Below the pieces are notes generated by a model. That model did not search any database, was not told where the DNA came from, and saw nothing but the letters and a program-made list of their open reading frames with translations. From positions 1-58,840 of IMG/VR virus record IMGVR_UViG_3300050119_000051: a stretch of DNA of 58,840 nucleotides; one strand, given 5' to 3'. The stretch is from a virus. Its lineage: Duplodnaviria > Caudoviricetes. The translations under genes and the position numbers were made by a program. How positions within the stretch are numbered: position 1 is the stretch's first letter; every line of letters starts with the position of its first letter. This document shows positions 1-9,094 of the stretch, piece by piece.

Positions 1-83
1 AGTCCGAGCAGCCCGAGCAGCGCGAGCAGTCCGAGCAGCGCGAGCAGCCCGAGCAGCGCGAGCAGCCCGAGCAGCGCGAGCAG
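1..83. repeat. 9-bp tandem repeat (agcag-cc/cg/tc-cg) encoding CSR/CSG/CSD on the minus strand
   Basis: About nine units directly visible at the window start. Confidence 0.9.
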
Positions 84-220
84 TTTTCACAGTTCTCGCA
101 ATCCTTGAGCGAGATCAGCGCCTCTTGCGCCGCTTCCGCTGTCCCGAAATATTCCTCACTACAGCGATTGCCTTTGGAGTCGGAGAACCAGGTCGGTTCT
201 TTTTCTGCGTCGTCCGTCAC
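1..220 (-). CDS. Cys-x-x repeat protein, partial (runs off left edge; not in ORF track)
   Basis: Manual translation from GTG at 220 with GGAG upstream: MTDDAEKEPTWFSDSKGNRCSEEYFGTAEAAQEALISLKDCENCENCSRCSGCSRCSGCSRCSDCSRCSGCSD... Confidence 0.75.
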   Translation of the reverse strand, partial: MTDDAEKEPTWFSDSKGNRCSEEYFGTAEAAQEALISLKDCENCENCSRCSGCSRCSGCSRCSDCSRCSGCSD

Positions 221-256
221 GGCTGGCTCCTGAGTGAGTGGTTAGCGAGTGTTTGC

Positions 257-285
257 ACGATTGCACACTGTTATCAGCTTGTCAA
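257..285 (-). promoter_or_regulatory. Putative sigma70 promoter for the leftward operon
   Basis: Minus strand TTGACA, 17-nt spacer ending TGC, then AATCGT; lies in the divergent gap between 220 and 316. Confidence 0.45.
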
Positions 286-315
286 GCGCCGTGCGTTCGG
301 TTATACATAGGCCAC

Positions 316-504
316 ATGAACATCGTACAGACGCGAGCGCGTGCCGCCGTAAAACAGCACAACGGCCTGCGTAAAGCAGCAAAAGCGCTGGGTGTGAACT
401 ACAGCACATTATCCTTGCTGCAAACTGGAAAACGTGCTAGCGCCAGCGAACGCACGCTGCGGGCACTCGGGCTCACGCGCGAGCCAAGACCGGTGCGGTC
501 ATGA
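316..504 (+). CDS. Cro-like helix-turn-helix protein
   Basis: GLRKAAKALGVNYSTLSLLQTGKR HTH pattern; first gene of the rightward operon; ATG at 316. Confidence 0.7.
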   Translation: MNIVQTRARAAVKQHNGLRKAAKALGVNYSTLSLLQTGKRASASERTLRALGLTREPRPVRS

Positions 505-776
505 TGTACCTCGTCCTCCTGCATCTCGCGACGCAAATCCCGGTCGGCTCGGACGGCCCGTACACCGCCGCACGGTGCTACCAACTCGTAAATGCCCGCA
601 CTCAATACGATGACCGGCACGACGACGCGGTGCTCACGCGTCACGGCTTTCAGTGGGGATGCGTGACCGATAAGCAGGTTGCGTTGTTCGTACGCCTCAA
701 TCACTGCGATGTGGGCCAGTCGGTGAAATCGAAGTACGGCGGCGTGGCGAAAACGTATGAGTGTGTGGGGAAATGA
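501..776 (+). CDS. Hypothetical protein
   Basis: ATGA overlaps with both neighbours. Confidence 0.6.
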   Translation: MMYLVLLHLATQIPVGSDGPYTAARCYQLVNARTQYDDRHDDAVLTRHGFQWGCVTDKQVALFVRLNHCDVGQSVKSKYGGVAKTYECVGK

Positions 777-2164
777 GCTACGCCGACTTCCTTGACCGCA
801 AGTCGCAACTTGATGAGTTGCATGGATTCGAGCCGCATGACTTGCCGGATTTCTTGTTCGACTTTCAGCGCGACCTCGTGCTGTGGGCGCTTCGCAAAGG
901 CCGTTCCGCCATCTTTGCCGACTGCGGCTTAGGAAAGACGCCGATGCAGTTGGTGTGGGCGGATCAAGTTGCGCGGCACGAAAACAAGCCGGTGCTGATT
1001 CTTACGCCGCTGGCAGTTGCACATCAGACTGTAGCCGAGGCTGCAAAATTCAGCATTGATGCGCGTCGGTCTATCGCTGGCGAGATCACCGCGCCGATCA
1101 TGGTGTGTAACTATGATCGTCTGCAGCACTTCAATCCAGACGACTTTGCGGGCGTCGTGTGCGACGAGTCGAGCATCCTGAAATCGTTTGACGGATCGAC
1201 GCGCCAAGCCATCACTGAATTCATGCGCAAGGTTCCGTACCGGCTGCTATGCACGGCAACTGCGGCGCCGAATGACTACATAGAACTAGGCACGTCTAGC
1301 GAAGCCTTGGGGTATCTCGGCTACACCGACATGCTGACCCGGTTCTTTAAGAACGACCAGAACACGGTGAAGCCGGTTATCTATCGGCACGCCGGCCAGA
1401 ACTTCCAAAAGCTGGACGACGCCGCTAAATGGCGATTCAAGGGCCATGCGGAAATGCCGTTCTGGCGCTGGGTGTGCTCATGGGCTCGCGCCGTGCGACG
1501 CCCTTCTGACTTGGGCTACAGTGACGAGGGATTCATTCTGCCGTCGCTGGTCGAGCGGGATCACCTAGTGGACGTGGCTTCGCTGCCGAACGGGATGCTG
1601 TTCGCGCTTCCGGCCGTAGGCTTGGCGGAACAGCGTGACGAAAGACGCCGCTCGATCAAAGAGCGATGTGAGCGTGTCGCTCAGTTGGTTGACGGTAAAG
1701 AGCAGGCGCTGGTGTGGTGCCACCTGAACGACGAAGGCGATTTGCTGGCCGATATCATTCCTGACGCACTTCAAGTCAGCGGCCAAGATTCCGAAGAAGC
1801 TAAAGAGGCCGCGTTCATCGCCTTCGCTAACGGCGAGCGGCGTGTGCTGGTCACGAAGCCAAAGATAGGCGCGTGGGGTTTGAACTTTCAGAACTGCCAC
1901 CACGTCACGTTCTTTCCGTCGCACTCATTCGAGCAGTATTACCAAGGCGTGCGGCGGTGCTGGCGCTACGGACAAACAAGGTCGGTGCTGGTCGATATCG
2001 TGACTTCGGAGGGTGAGAAGTCAGTCCTGCAGAACCTGCAGCGCAAAGCAAAAGCGGCCGACACGATGTTTTCTAACCTGGTGCGAGAAATGAACAACGC
2101 GCAATCAGTGGACCGCAGCGCGCACTACAATCAACCGGAGATCATGCCGACATGGCTGTCTTAG
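773..2164 (+). CDS. SNF2-like helicase (phage helicase partnered with a DNA methylase)
   Basis: ADCGLGKT Walker A, CDESS motif II, TATAAPND motif III, QGVRRCWRYGQ motif VI. Confidence 0.85.
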   Translation: MSYADFLDRKSQLDELHGFEPHDLPDFLFDFQRDLVLWALRKGRSAIFADCGLGKTPMQLVWADQVARHENKPVLILTPLAVAHQTVAEAAKFSIDARRSIAGEITAPIMVCNYDRLQHFNPDDFAGVVCDESSILKSFDGSTRQAITEFMRKVPYRLLCTATAAPNDYIELGTSSEALGYLGYTDMLTRFFKNDQNTVKPVIYRHAGQNFQKLDDAAKWRFKGHAEMPFWRWVCSWARAVRRPSDLGYSDEGFILPSLVERDHLVDVASLPNGMLFALPAVGLAEQRDERRRSIKERCERVAQLVDGKEQALVWCHLNDEGDLLADIIPDALQVSGQDSEEAKEAAFIAFANGERRVLVTKPKIGAWGLNFQNCHHVTFFPSHSFEQYYQGVRRCWRYGQTRSVLVDIVTSEGEKSVLQNLQRKAKAADTMFSNLVREMNNAQSVDRSAHYNQPEIMPTWLS

Positions 2165-2672
2165 ATCAAATCGTCACAGACACCTACGCGCTCTACAATG
2201 GCGACTGCATCGAAGTCATGGCGAAGATGCCGGCGCAGAGCGTTCACCTTTCCGTGTACTCGCCTCCGTTCGGTGGCCTCTACAACTACAGCAGCAACGA
2301 ATGCGACCTGTCGAACTGCACCGACTACACGCAATTCTTCGAGCACTATACTTTCGTAGTCCGAGAACTAGCGCGCCTCACGCATCCCGGTCGCATGACA
2401 GCCGTGCATTGCATGGATGTTCCGAGCGGCAACAGCGGCACGGATTACCTCGTAGATTTTCCCGGCGACATCATTCGACTGCATGAGCGTGAAGGATTTC
2501 GGTACATTGCCCGTTATGCAGTGTGGAAGGTGCAGTGTGTCAGGGCCGACTCGGAATTGGTGTCGAACTGAAACCATCCTACTACCGGCAAGCCGTGAAG
2601 AATTTGGCAACGGCGAAGCGTGGCAACATGGAGGCACAGATTGATCTGCTGGCGGACGCGATACCGCTATGA
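2152..2672 (+). pseudogene. N4C/N6A DNA methyltransferase with internal deletion and frameshift at ~2529
   Basis: N-part has GDCIEVM and SPPF. After YAVWK another frame gives GAVCQGRLGIGVELKPSYYRQAVKNL...PL*, the typical C-terminus, ending in an ATGA overlap with the next gene. The middle, including the FxGxG motif, is absent. Confidence 0.8.
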
Positions 2673-4042
2673 CCGACGCCGTGGTCCTACGCGATTACCA
2701 GCTCGACATCGAAGAGACCGCGCGCCAGCATTTCCGGGAAGTCCCCGCAGTTCTGATTCAGCTTGCCACCGGCGCAGGTAAGTCCCTTATTGGCGCGTCG
2801 ATCTGCAAAAAAGCCTCCCTGAGAGGCCAACAGGTATTCTGGATCACACACCGACGCGAACTGATCAAACAGGTATCTGGCGCATTCACCGCGCACCGCG
2901 TAGAGCATTCATTCATCGCCGCCGGTTTTACATACGATCGTGCAGCGCGGGTGCATATCTGCAGCCTTGAGACTCTACGCCGAAGACTCGGTGTCGTGCC
3001 GACACCTGATCTAATCGTGTGGGACGAAGCCAGGCATCTCCAATCGGCCACATGGAGCATGGTCTATCAGCGCTGGCCGCAAGCGTGGCACCTTGGCCTG
3101 GACGCCACGCCCACCGGAGGACTTGGAAAATACTTTCAGCGCATGGTGTGCGGTCCGCCAGTGCAGGATCTCATTGATCGCGGATACCTCGCTAAATACA
3201 GGCTTTTTGCGCCTAAGACCCCTGACACATCGAAGCTTCATCTTCGCGCGAATGAGTTTATTACTGACGAACTTGAGGAGATGTTCGATAGACCGACCGT
3301 TGTCGGGGACGCGATCAGTCACTATGAGAAATTCGCCAGCGGTAAACGTGCGCTGGTGTTCTGCGTATCGGTGGAGGCCAGCAAGCACATGGAGCAGGCG
3401 TTTCGCGAAGCCGGATACCAAGCCGTCCACGCTGACGGAAACCTGAACAGCCAAGTTCGCGACACCGTCATCGCTGACTTTCAAGCTGGACGGATTCAGA
3501 TTCTATGTAATGTCGGACTTTTCACTGAGGGACTCGATGTCGTTGGAGTCGAGTGCATCCTGCAATTGCGTCCGACGAATTCTGTTTCTGTATATTTACA
3601 GATCATCGGCCGCGGGCTCAGGCCAGCTCCTGGTAAGACGGAGTGTATTATCATTGATGCGTGTGCGAACTGGCGCGCGCATGGATTGCCGAGTGATCCT
3701 CGCGATTGGAGTCTGAAAGACGATCCGCGTGGCCGCGCTAAACCCCGCGACCGCGCCCTGAAAATCTGCAGGTGGTGCTTCGCCGCAGCCTATGCGGGGC
3801 CACCGCTGTGCCCGAACTGTCAACGTCCGTTCCCAATTGAATCGCGCGAGGTCAAGCGTATTGCCGGCGAGCTCGGTGAGGTCAGCGGCGACGATCTACT
3901 GCGCGCCCGGCAGATCCGCGACCGGCGCCAGCAACAGGGCCGCGCGAAAACCTTAGAGGAACTCGAGGCGTACGGGCGCATAAAAGGCTATAAACCCGGA
4001 TGGGCGCGCAGAATCTATGCGGCAAGGCAACTCAAACAATGA
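2669..4042 (+). CDS. Superfamily II DEAD/DEAH helicase with C-terminal Zn ribbon
   Basis: LRDYQ Q-motif, ATGAGKS, DEARH, EGLDV, QIIGRGLR; CxxC-x-CxxC; GYKPGWA tail. Confidence 0.9.
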   Translation: MTDAVVLRDYQLDIEETARQHFREVPAVLIQLATGAGKSLIGASICKKASLRGQQVFWITHRRELIKQVSGAFTAHRVEHSFIAAGFTYDRAARVHICSLETLRRRLGVVPTPDLIVWDEARHLQSATWSMVYQRWPQAWHLGLDATPTGGLGKYFQRMVCGPPVQDLIDRGYLAKYRLFAPKTPDTSKLHLRANEFITDELEEMFDRPTVVGDAISHYEKFASGKRALVFCVSVEASKHMEQAFREAGYQAVHADGNLNSQVRDTVIADFQAGRIQILCNVGLFTEGLDVVGVECILQLRPTNSVSVYLQIIGRGLRPAPGKTECIIIDACANWRAHGLPSDPRDWSLKDDPRGRAKPRDRALKICRWCFAAAYAGPPLCPNCQRPFPIESREVKRIAGELGEVSGDDLLRARQIRDRRQQQGRAKTLEELEAYGRIKGYKPGWARRIYAARQLKQ

Positions 4043-4437
4043 GCGAAAATATAGTTGTCCGCGACATTCAGGCCAAGTTGTCGAATAACGAGGTACGATT
4101 GTGGAGGAATAACTGCGGGAATGGGTGGCTAGGCAACGCGACGGTGCTTGAGAACGGTGATGTGCTGCTCAGGAATCCGCGGCGTATCCAGTTCGGTCTC
4201 GCGGCCGGCTCCAGCGATATCGTAGGATGCATATCGAAAATAATCACGCTCGACATGGTCGGCCAGAAATTCGCGCAGCTCGTCAGCATCGAAGGGAAAT
4301 CTAAAACCGGACGCTTACGCGACGAGCAAGCGCTGTGGCTCGATTGCATGCGCTCGCTCGGCGCACTGCATGGCGTGGCACGATCAGTGGAGGATGCGCG
4401 CAGAATACTGCAAGGGTTTAGGCCAAGCGCAGCCTAA
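4039..4437 (+). CDS. VRR-NUC domain nuclease
   Basis: RLWRNNCG...FGLAAGSSDIVG...IEGKSKTGRLRDEQ..W...GVARSVEDA PD-(D/E)xK pattern. Confidence 0.8.
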   Translation: MSENIVVRDIQAKLSNNEVRLWRNNCGNGWLGNATVLENGDVLLRNPRRIQFGLAAGSSDIVGCISKIITLDMVGQKFAQLVSIEGKSKTGRLRDEQALWLDCMRSLGALHGVARSVEDARRILQGFRPSAA

Positions 4438-4454
4438 GAGCGCAGAATACTGCA
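4398..4454. repeat. 15-bp direct repeat gcgcagaatactgca flanking a 27-bp hairpin-containing insert
   Basis: Copies at 4398-4412 and 4440-4454; the insert contains ttaggc...gcctaa. Confidence 0.8.
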
Positions 4455-4462
4455 GCTTTGAA

Positions 4463-4495
4463 AAGTCAATAGTTAGCGTCTCAAAATATTGACTT
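4463..4495. promoter_or_regulatory. 9-bp inverted repeat (aagtcaata N15 tattgactt), candidate operator or back-to-back -35 boxes
   Basis: Perfect IR in an AT-rich intergenic region upstream of the RHH gene; each arm contains TTGACT. Confidence 0.45.
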
Positions 4496-4763
4496 GAGTT
4501 TCTCATAAAAGGGAGTAAAACGGCTGTTCGTCCGCTGATTACTAGCCGATAACAATGTGGCTTATATAGATGACTCACCTGCGTATTCTTAGCCGGATAA
4601 GCATGGTTCCTTCATTCGTCGCGCACACCACTCGAATTCGTGGACTTCAGGACCGCAGAAGATGCGGGCCAAGGCGTCATGTTCGGCAATGAGTGCGAGG
4701 GAATGTGCGGTGTCTAAGAGAATCAACGATATAACTCCCAATTCAACTCTAGGGGTCGCTCCC

Positions 4764-4931
4764 ATGCCTGAGAAAATGGTCATCACATCCATTTCGATCC
4801 CGCCAGCGCTGCTCGATCGGCTCAGAGAACTGGCGGCTAAGAATGGGCGCAGCGTATCCGCGCTCATCGTTCGGGCTATGAACAGGCGATACCCTCCACG
4901 GCCTCCGAGCAATAGCTCTTCCACGCGCTGA
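4764..4931 (+). CDS. Ribbon-helix-helix (CopG/Arc-like) DNA-binding protein
   Basis: TSISIPPALLDRLRELAAKNGRSVSALIVRAM; ATG at 4764. Confidence 0.75.
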   Translation: MPEKMVITSISIPPALLDRLRELAAKNGRSVSALIVRAMNRRYPPRPPSNSSSTR

Positions 4932-4941
4932 CGCGGCTTCG

Positions 4942-7170
4942 TTGTCCGTCGATTTCGCTCGAGTCGCTGCCGCTGCATTGGCGCAAGCGGAACGTCTTTG
5001 CGCTGAGTGGCTCGGCGGTAAACGTCAGGGCCACGAGTGGGTCGGCGAACGCCGTGCCAACGGCGGCCTCGGCGACAGCTGGTCGGTGAATCTTGAGACA
5101 GGCGCGTTCGCACACTTCGGCGGTGACGAAAAAGGCGGTGACCTGATCAGCCTGTACGCAGCCCTCAACCATGTCGATCAGGGCACTGCGGCGCGCGCTG
5201 TGGGCGAACTCGTCGGTGAGTCTAACGGCGTGGCTGGGCCAGTTCGCGCCCCGCCTTCCGAACAGGCATGCGAGCCCCTCCCTGCCACCGATCCGCCGCC
5301 CCACCCCAAACACGGCGAGCCGGCGGCTATTTACCGCTACGGCGATGCGTTCGTTATCGGCCGCTACGATACCGCCGACGGCAAGACCTTTGCGCAATGG
5401 ACCTATCGCAACGACCGCTGGACGCTGAAATCCTATCCGGCGCCGCGGCCGTTATTCAATGCTCAGGCCATTCAGGATAAGCCCACAGCGCCCGTACTGA
5501 TCGCGGAAGGGGAGAAGTGCGCCCAAGCCGCCAGCGCCGTCCTCGTCACGTATGCGTGCGTTTCCTGGGCTGGGGGCGCCAATGCGGTCAAAACCGCCGA
5601 TTGGTCGGCACTCGCGCGTCGCAACGCGATCATCTGGCCCGATGCCGACGAGCCCGGCATCAAGGCCGCGCTGACATTGGCGGAGATTCTATTGCCGATC
5701 TGCGAGCGTGTACGCGTGATTCGGCCCGACGATCATACTGACGGCTGGGATGTCGCCGATGCGATTGCTGATGGCTGGGATTACGCGCGGATTATTGAAT
5801 GGGCACGGACGCACATACAGGATATTAAAAAGCCGGAATCCGTAGCACCAAAAATCGGGCGGTTACACGATAACAAGGCACCGATCGAGCATGAGTCCGA
5901 AGCACCCGAGACAGAACCGGAAACACGGATAACGCAGCCCGAGTCTGCTGTCATGAGTTGGCAATCGCTCGGGCTCCAATGCAACAGCGGAGGCATTCCG
6001 CACCCAATGGAGGCCAATGTCGTCGCGGCCCTGTCGCAGCACCCGCGGACACGCGACAAAATTTGGTTCGATACATTTAGGCAGGAGGTCTATCACACAT
6101 TGAACGGTGCGGAGCGGGCGTGGACCGACCAAGATTCCCGCGATTGCGTTTATTGGCTACAAAAGGAATTGCAGCTCGTTAAGTTCAGTAAGCGCATTGT
6201 CGACGAGGGCGTGCTGATGTACGCGAGCATGCGCGCCCGCAACAGCGTGCAAGAATTTATTGAGGCTGAGCCGTGGGACGGCATTAATCGCAGAGAGCAC
6301 TGGCTGTCAGATTTTCTCGGCTGTCCTAACGACCCGCATCACCGCGCTGCCGGCAGTAATTGGCTGATCTCAATGATCGCGCGAGCCTACAATCCGGGAT
6401 GTCAAGTCGATCACATGTTAATTTTGGAAGGCGAGCAGCGTAAAGGAAAATCGAGTGTGCTGCGTGCGCTAGCGTACCCATGGTATGTCACGCTGACGCA
6501 ACGTTTCGGCTCCAAGGAATTTCTGGAGTCCATTCAAGGTAATTGGCTCGTTGAACTGGCGGACCTTACAGCGCTCGCTGGCGCCGGACACGCGCACATT
6601 CTGGCGAGCATTACTAATCGCTCCGATCGCTACCGTGCGCCATGGGATCGGTTGGCCAGCGCACATGATCGACGCTGCGTATTCGCCGGGAGCACTGAAA
6701 AACACAATGACTACTTAGCCGATACCTACGGCATCGGGCGCTTCTGGAGCATTCGCTGCGACGGGGATATCAACGTCGATGCGGTCACCGCAATTCGCCA
6801 GCAATTATTCGCTGAGGCATTAGCGCAATTCCGTGCCGGCGAGCCGTTCCACCTCATGCCGGAGCAGACGCGTGCCGAACAAACCAGCCGTGTCGAAAGC
6901 GACCCATATCTGGAGCGGGTGCATTCGTACTTGAGCGGGAAAGCGGAGACCACAGCGCTTGAGGTGTTCGAGGCCATATTTATTCAGCGCGACGACTTCG
7001 GCCGGATGATTGGGCGTTCGATAATGGAAGATAAAGACGGCAAACGAATCGCGAAAATACTGCGTTTGATCGGTTGGTACTCGATCGCGGCAAAACGAGA
7101 GGGACGCAAGGTCAATCTATGGCAACCGCTCATTGGAGAAATGACTACCGGAACCGGAACCCGTACGTGA
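4942..7170 (+). CDS. Primase-helicase (Toprim + VirE/VapE-type SF3 helicase)
   Basis: IAEGEKCA and WPDADEPG Toprim motifs; GEQRKGKS Walker A; YRAPW and VFAGST VirE motifs. Confidence 0.85.
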   Translation: MSVDFARVAAAALAQAERLCAEWLGGKRQGHEWVGERRANGGLGDSWSVNLETGAFAHFGGDEKGGDLISLYAALNHVDQGTAARAVGELVGESNGVAGPVRAPPSEQACEPLPATDPPPHPKHGEPAAIYRYGDAFVIGRYDTADGKTFAQWTYRNDRWTLKSYPAPRPLFNAQAIQDKPTAPVLIAEGEKCAQAASAVLVTYACVSWAGGANAVKTADWSALARRNAIIWPDADEPGIKAALTLAEILLPICERVRVIRPDDHTDGWDVADAIADGWDYARIIEWARTHIQDIKKPESVAPKIGRLHDNKAPIEHESEAPETEPETRITQPESAVMSWQSLGLQCNSGGIPHPMEANVVAALSQHPRTRDKIWFDTFRQEVYHTLNGAERAWTDQDSRDCVYWLQKELQLVKFSKRIVDEGVLMYASMRARNSVQEFIEAEPWDGINRREHWLSDFLGCPNDPHHRAAGSNWLISMIARAYNPGCQVDHMLILEGEQRKGKSSVLRALAYPWYVTLTQRFGSKEFLESIQGNWLVELADLTALAGAGHAHILASITNRSDRYRAPWDRLASAHDRRCVFAGSTEKHNDYLADTYGIGRFWSIRCDGDINVDAVTAIRQQLFAEALAQFRAGEPFHLMPEQTRAEQTSRVESDPYLERVHSYLSGKAETTALEVFEAIFIQRDDFGRMIGRSIMEDKDGKRIAKILRLIGWYSIAAKREGRKVNLWQPLIGEMTTGTGTRT

Positions 7171-7375
7171 TTGATTTTAAAGTTAAAGTTCTAGGTTCTA
7201 GTAGGTGCATGCAAAAGCTCATGGGCCGCGCGCGTGCGCGCGCGTAGGCGCGGGCGCGTGCGCGCACGTGAATGTATTATATATATATACTAGAACTACT
7301 AGAACTACTGGTACTAAGGAAAGCAAAACAAGAACTTAGGAGTGGTTCCAGTTAGGGTTCTGGTTCTGGTTCCTC
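7145..7375. other. Putative replication origin
   Basis: Directly after the primase; short GGAACC/GGTTCT/AGAACT repeats in both orientations flanking alternating CG/TG tracts and a (TA)n tract. Confidence 0.6.
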
Positions 7376-7438
7376 TTGACTATCTGATGTGGGTCTGTTC
7401 AAATATCTCCAGTAATCTGGATGTAGAGTTGTAAGTAT

Positions 7439-8125
7439 ATGTCTAATAAAGGAAAAATATCCGCAGTAGCCTATTTTCGCACCAGCTCTATGACTAACGT
7501 CGGGCCTGACAAAGATTCGCTACCGCGGCAACAAAGTGCAGTGCGCAAATACGCCAAGGCGCATCGGCTGGACGTCGTGCGTGAGTTCTATGACGCTGGC
7601 GTGCCGGGTCGTGATCCGGTTGATAGTCGCCCAGGGTTTGCGGAGATGCTGGACTACCTGGCGGGCAATGGCGCGCGCATGGTGCTGGTCGAGAGCGCAT
7701 CACGGTTTGCCCGCGATCTGATGGTGCAGCTCGTCGGCCATGACCTACTACAGAAACGCGGAATCGCCCTGGTGCCGGTCGACGCAGCGGATTACTTCAC
7801 CAACGAGACTGACACTGCCGTGCTGGTGAGGCAGATACTCGGCGCAGTAGCGCAGTTCGAGAAGAGCGGATTGGTCGGGCGCCTTCGCAAGGGTCGTGAG
7901 CGCAAACGTCTGCGCGGGGGCCGCTGGGTCGGCCGCAAGACGCTCGCCGAACGCTATCCGGAAGCGGCGGCGCGAGCTTTGGTATTAAGGCATGCGTCCG
8001 GGTCACTTCGAGAGATCGCCGCCCTGTTGGCATCTGAAGGGCTTGTGGCTGATTCTGGGAAACCGTATTCGCCTAGCACGTTGATGTATCTTTTCAGGAG
8101 GGAGGATCAGAAATGCAGCCACTGA
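7439..8125 (+). CDS. Small serine recombinase (resolvase/invertase family)
   Basis: AVAYFRTSS catalytic motif, SRPGF, VESASRFARD; C-terminal SLREIAALL HTH. Confidence 0.9.
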   Translation: MSNKGKISAVAYFRTSSMTNVGPDKDSLPRQQSAVRKYAKAHRLDVVREFYDAGVPGRDPVDSRPGFAEMLDYLAGNGARMVLVESASRFARDLMVQLVGHDLLQKRGIALVPVDAADYFTNETDTAVLVRQILGAVAQFEKSGLVGRLRKGRERKRLRGGRWVGRKTLAERYPEAAARALVLRHASGSLREIAALLASEGLVADSGKPYSPSTLMYLFRREDQKCSH

Positions 8126-8370
8126 GGCAGTTGGAACCCGGGTTCGATCGCAATGCCTTGCGCCGTGAACGCGCCATGACGCTCTTACTTGTCGCCGGCT
8201 CGTCGTCGTGGTTTGCTACCACCATGTGCGGCAAGGATGAACTGATAGCCAAGTGGCGCAGCGACGGAGGGCGTCTGATGCTGGCTTGGAACGGGCAATG
8301 GCGCAGCGATGTCTTTGAGCTATCGTCAACAGACATTGAAGCCGCCTTCCCTCCGGTTAAAACCCCATGA
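8113..8370 (+). CDS. Hypothetical protein
   Basis: GGAGG RBS upstream; overlaps the recombinase end. Confidence 0.55.
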   Translation: MQPLRQLEPGFDRNALRRERAMTLLLVAGSSSWFATTMCGKDELIAKWRSDGGRLMLAWNGQWRSDVFELSSTDIEAAFPPVKTP

Positions 8371-8721
8371 CAATCCCCATCAACCACCCCGCGCCGCGTG
8401 GCACGATTTTGACCACCCGGCACCCCCCTTTCTGGAGGATCGGAGTCCCACGGTACCGGTCCTGTGCCCCGCATCAATATATTCAAAATTCTCCCGATCT
8501 CCTGACCTCTCATGTATATTCACTGCATGTCAGTCTCACGAATAATTTCCCGGAGAACATTCATGCGTTCCGGTGCGTGGGCCGTCGCGGGAGCGATCGT
8601 GGTGCCCGCGGTATCGACGATCTTTCTGCCGTCTGTCCCGCGCGATTTCGATACGGCGGCCATAGTGGCTAGGATCACTGAGGCGTGGTCGACGTGACAC
8701 GCTCGGCCCAGAGTTGACGTT

Positions 8722-8886
8722 GTGAGCGGCCCGAAACCCAATCGCACCTTCAAGGCACAGACGCTGTACCTGACTCCTGCTGCAGTGATCGAGTTGGCGG
8801 CGCTGGCAAAGCGCACGCGGATCTCAAAGGCGGTCCTGCTGCGCGAGGCGGTTGATACGCTGCTGAGGAAATACGAGCGTGAGTGA
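8722..8886 (+). CDS. Ribbon-helix-helix protein (54 aa, not in ORF track)
   Basis: Manual translation MSGPKPNRTFKAQTLYLTPAAVIELAALAKRTRISKAVLLREAVDTLLRKYERE*. Confidence 0.7.
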   Translation: MSGPKPNRTFKAQTLYLTPAAVIELAALAKRTRISKAVLLREAVDTLLRKYERE

Positions 8887-8902
8887 ATCACGGGGAGGCA
8901 AA

Positions 8903-9091
8903 ATGACTGACCCAGAAAAGCCAGAGTCGAACGTGGTAGCGATCCGCTGGCTCATCCATAAGGTCGAGATTGTGATGCTGTTGCCGCAGCCGGTGGACAA
9001 CCTGAGCTTTACTCCGGATCAGGCGCGGGACGTAGCGGGGAGTTTATTGAAGTTTGCGGCGCAGACGGACCCACCGGGGAAGAAAAATTGA
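8903..9091 (+). CDS. Hypothetical protein
   Basis: GGAGG RBS before ATG 8903. Confidence 0.55.
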   Translation: MTDPEKPESNVVAIRWLIHKVEIVMLLPQPVDNLSFTPDQARDVAGSLLKFAAQTDPPGKKN

Positions 9092-9094
9092 ACG

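Noticed and set aside
1-83. Tandem repeat as CRISPR array or telomere-like end
   Set aside because: 9-bp units with no spacers; reads as an in-frame Cys repeat on the minus strand.
3090-3135. Possible small deletion in helicase motif III region (LDATPTGGLG)
   Set aside because: Shorter than the usual ATPxRxDGxGL, but the frame is intact and I cannot tell it from natural variation without alignment.
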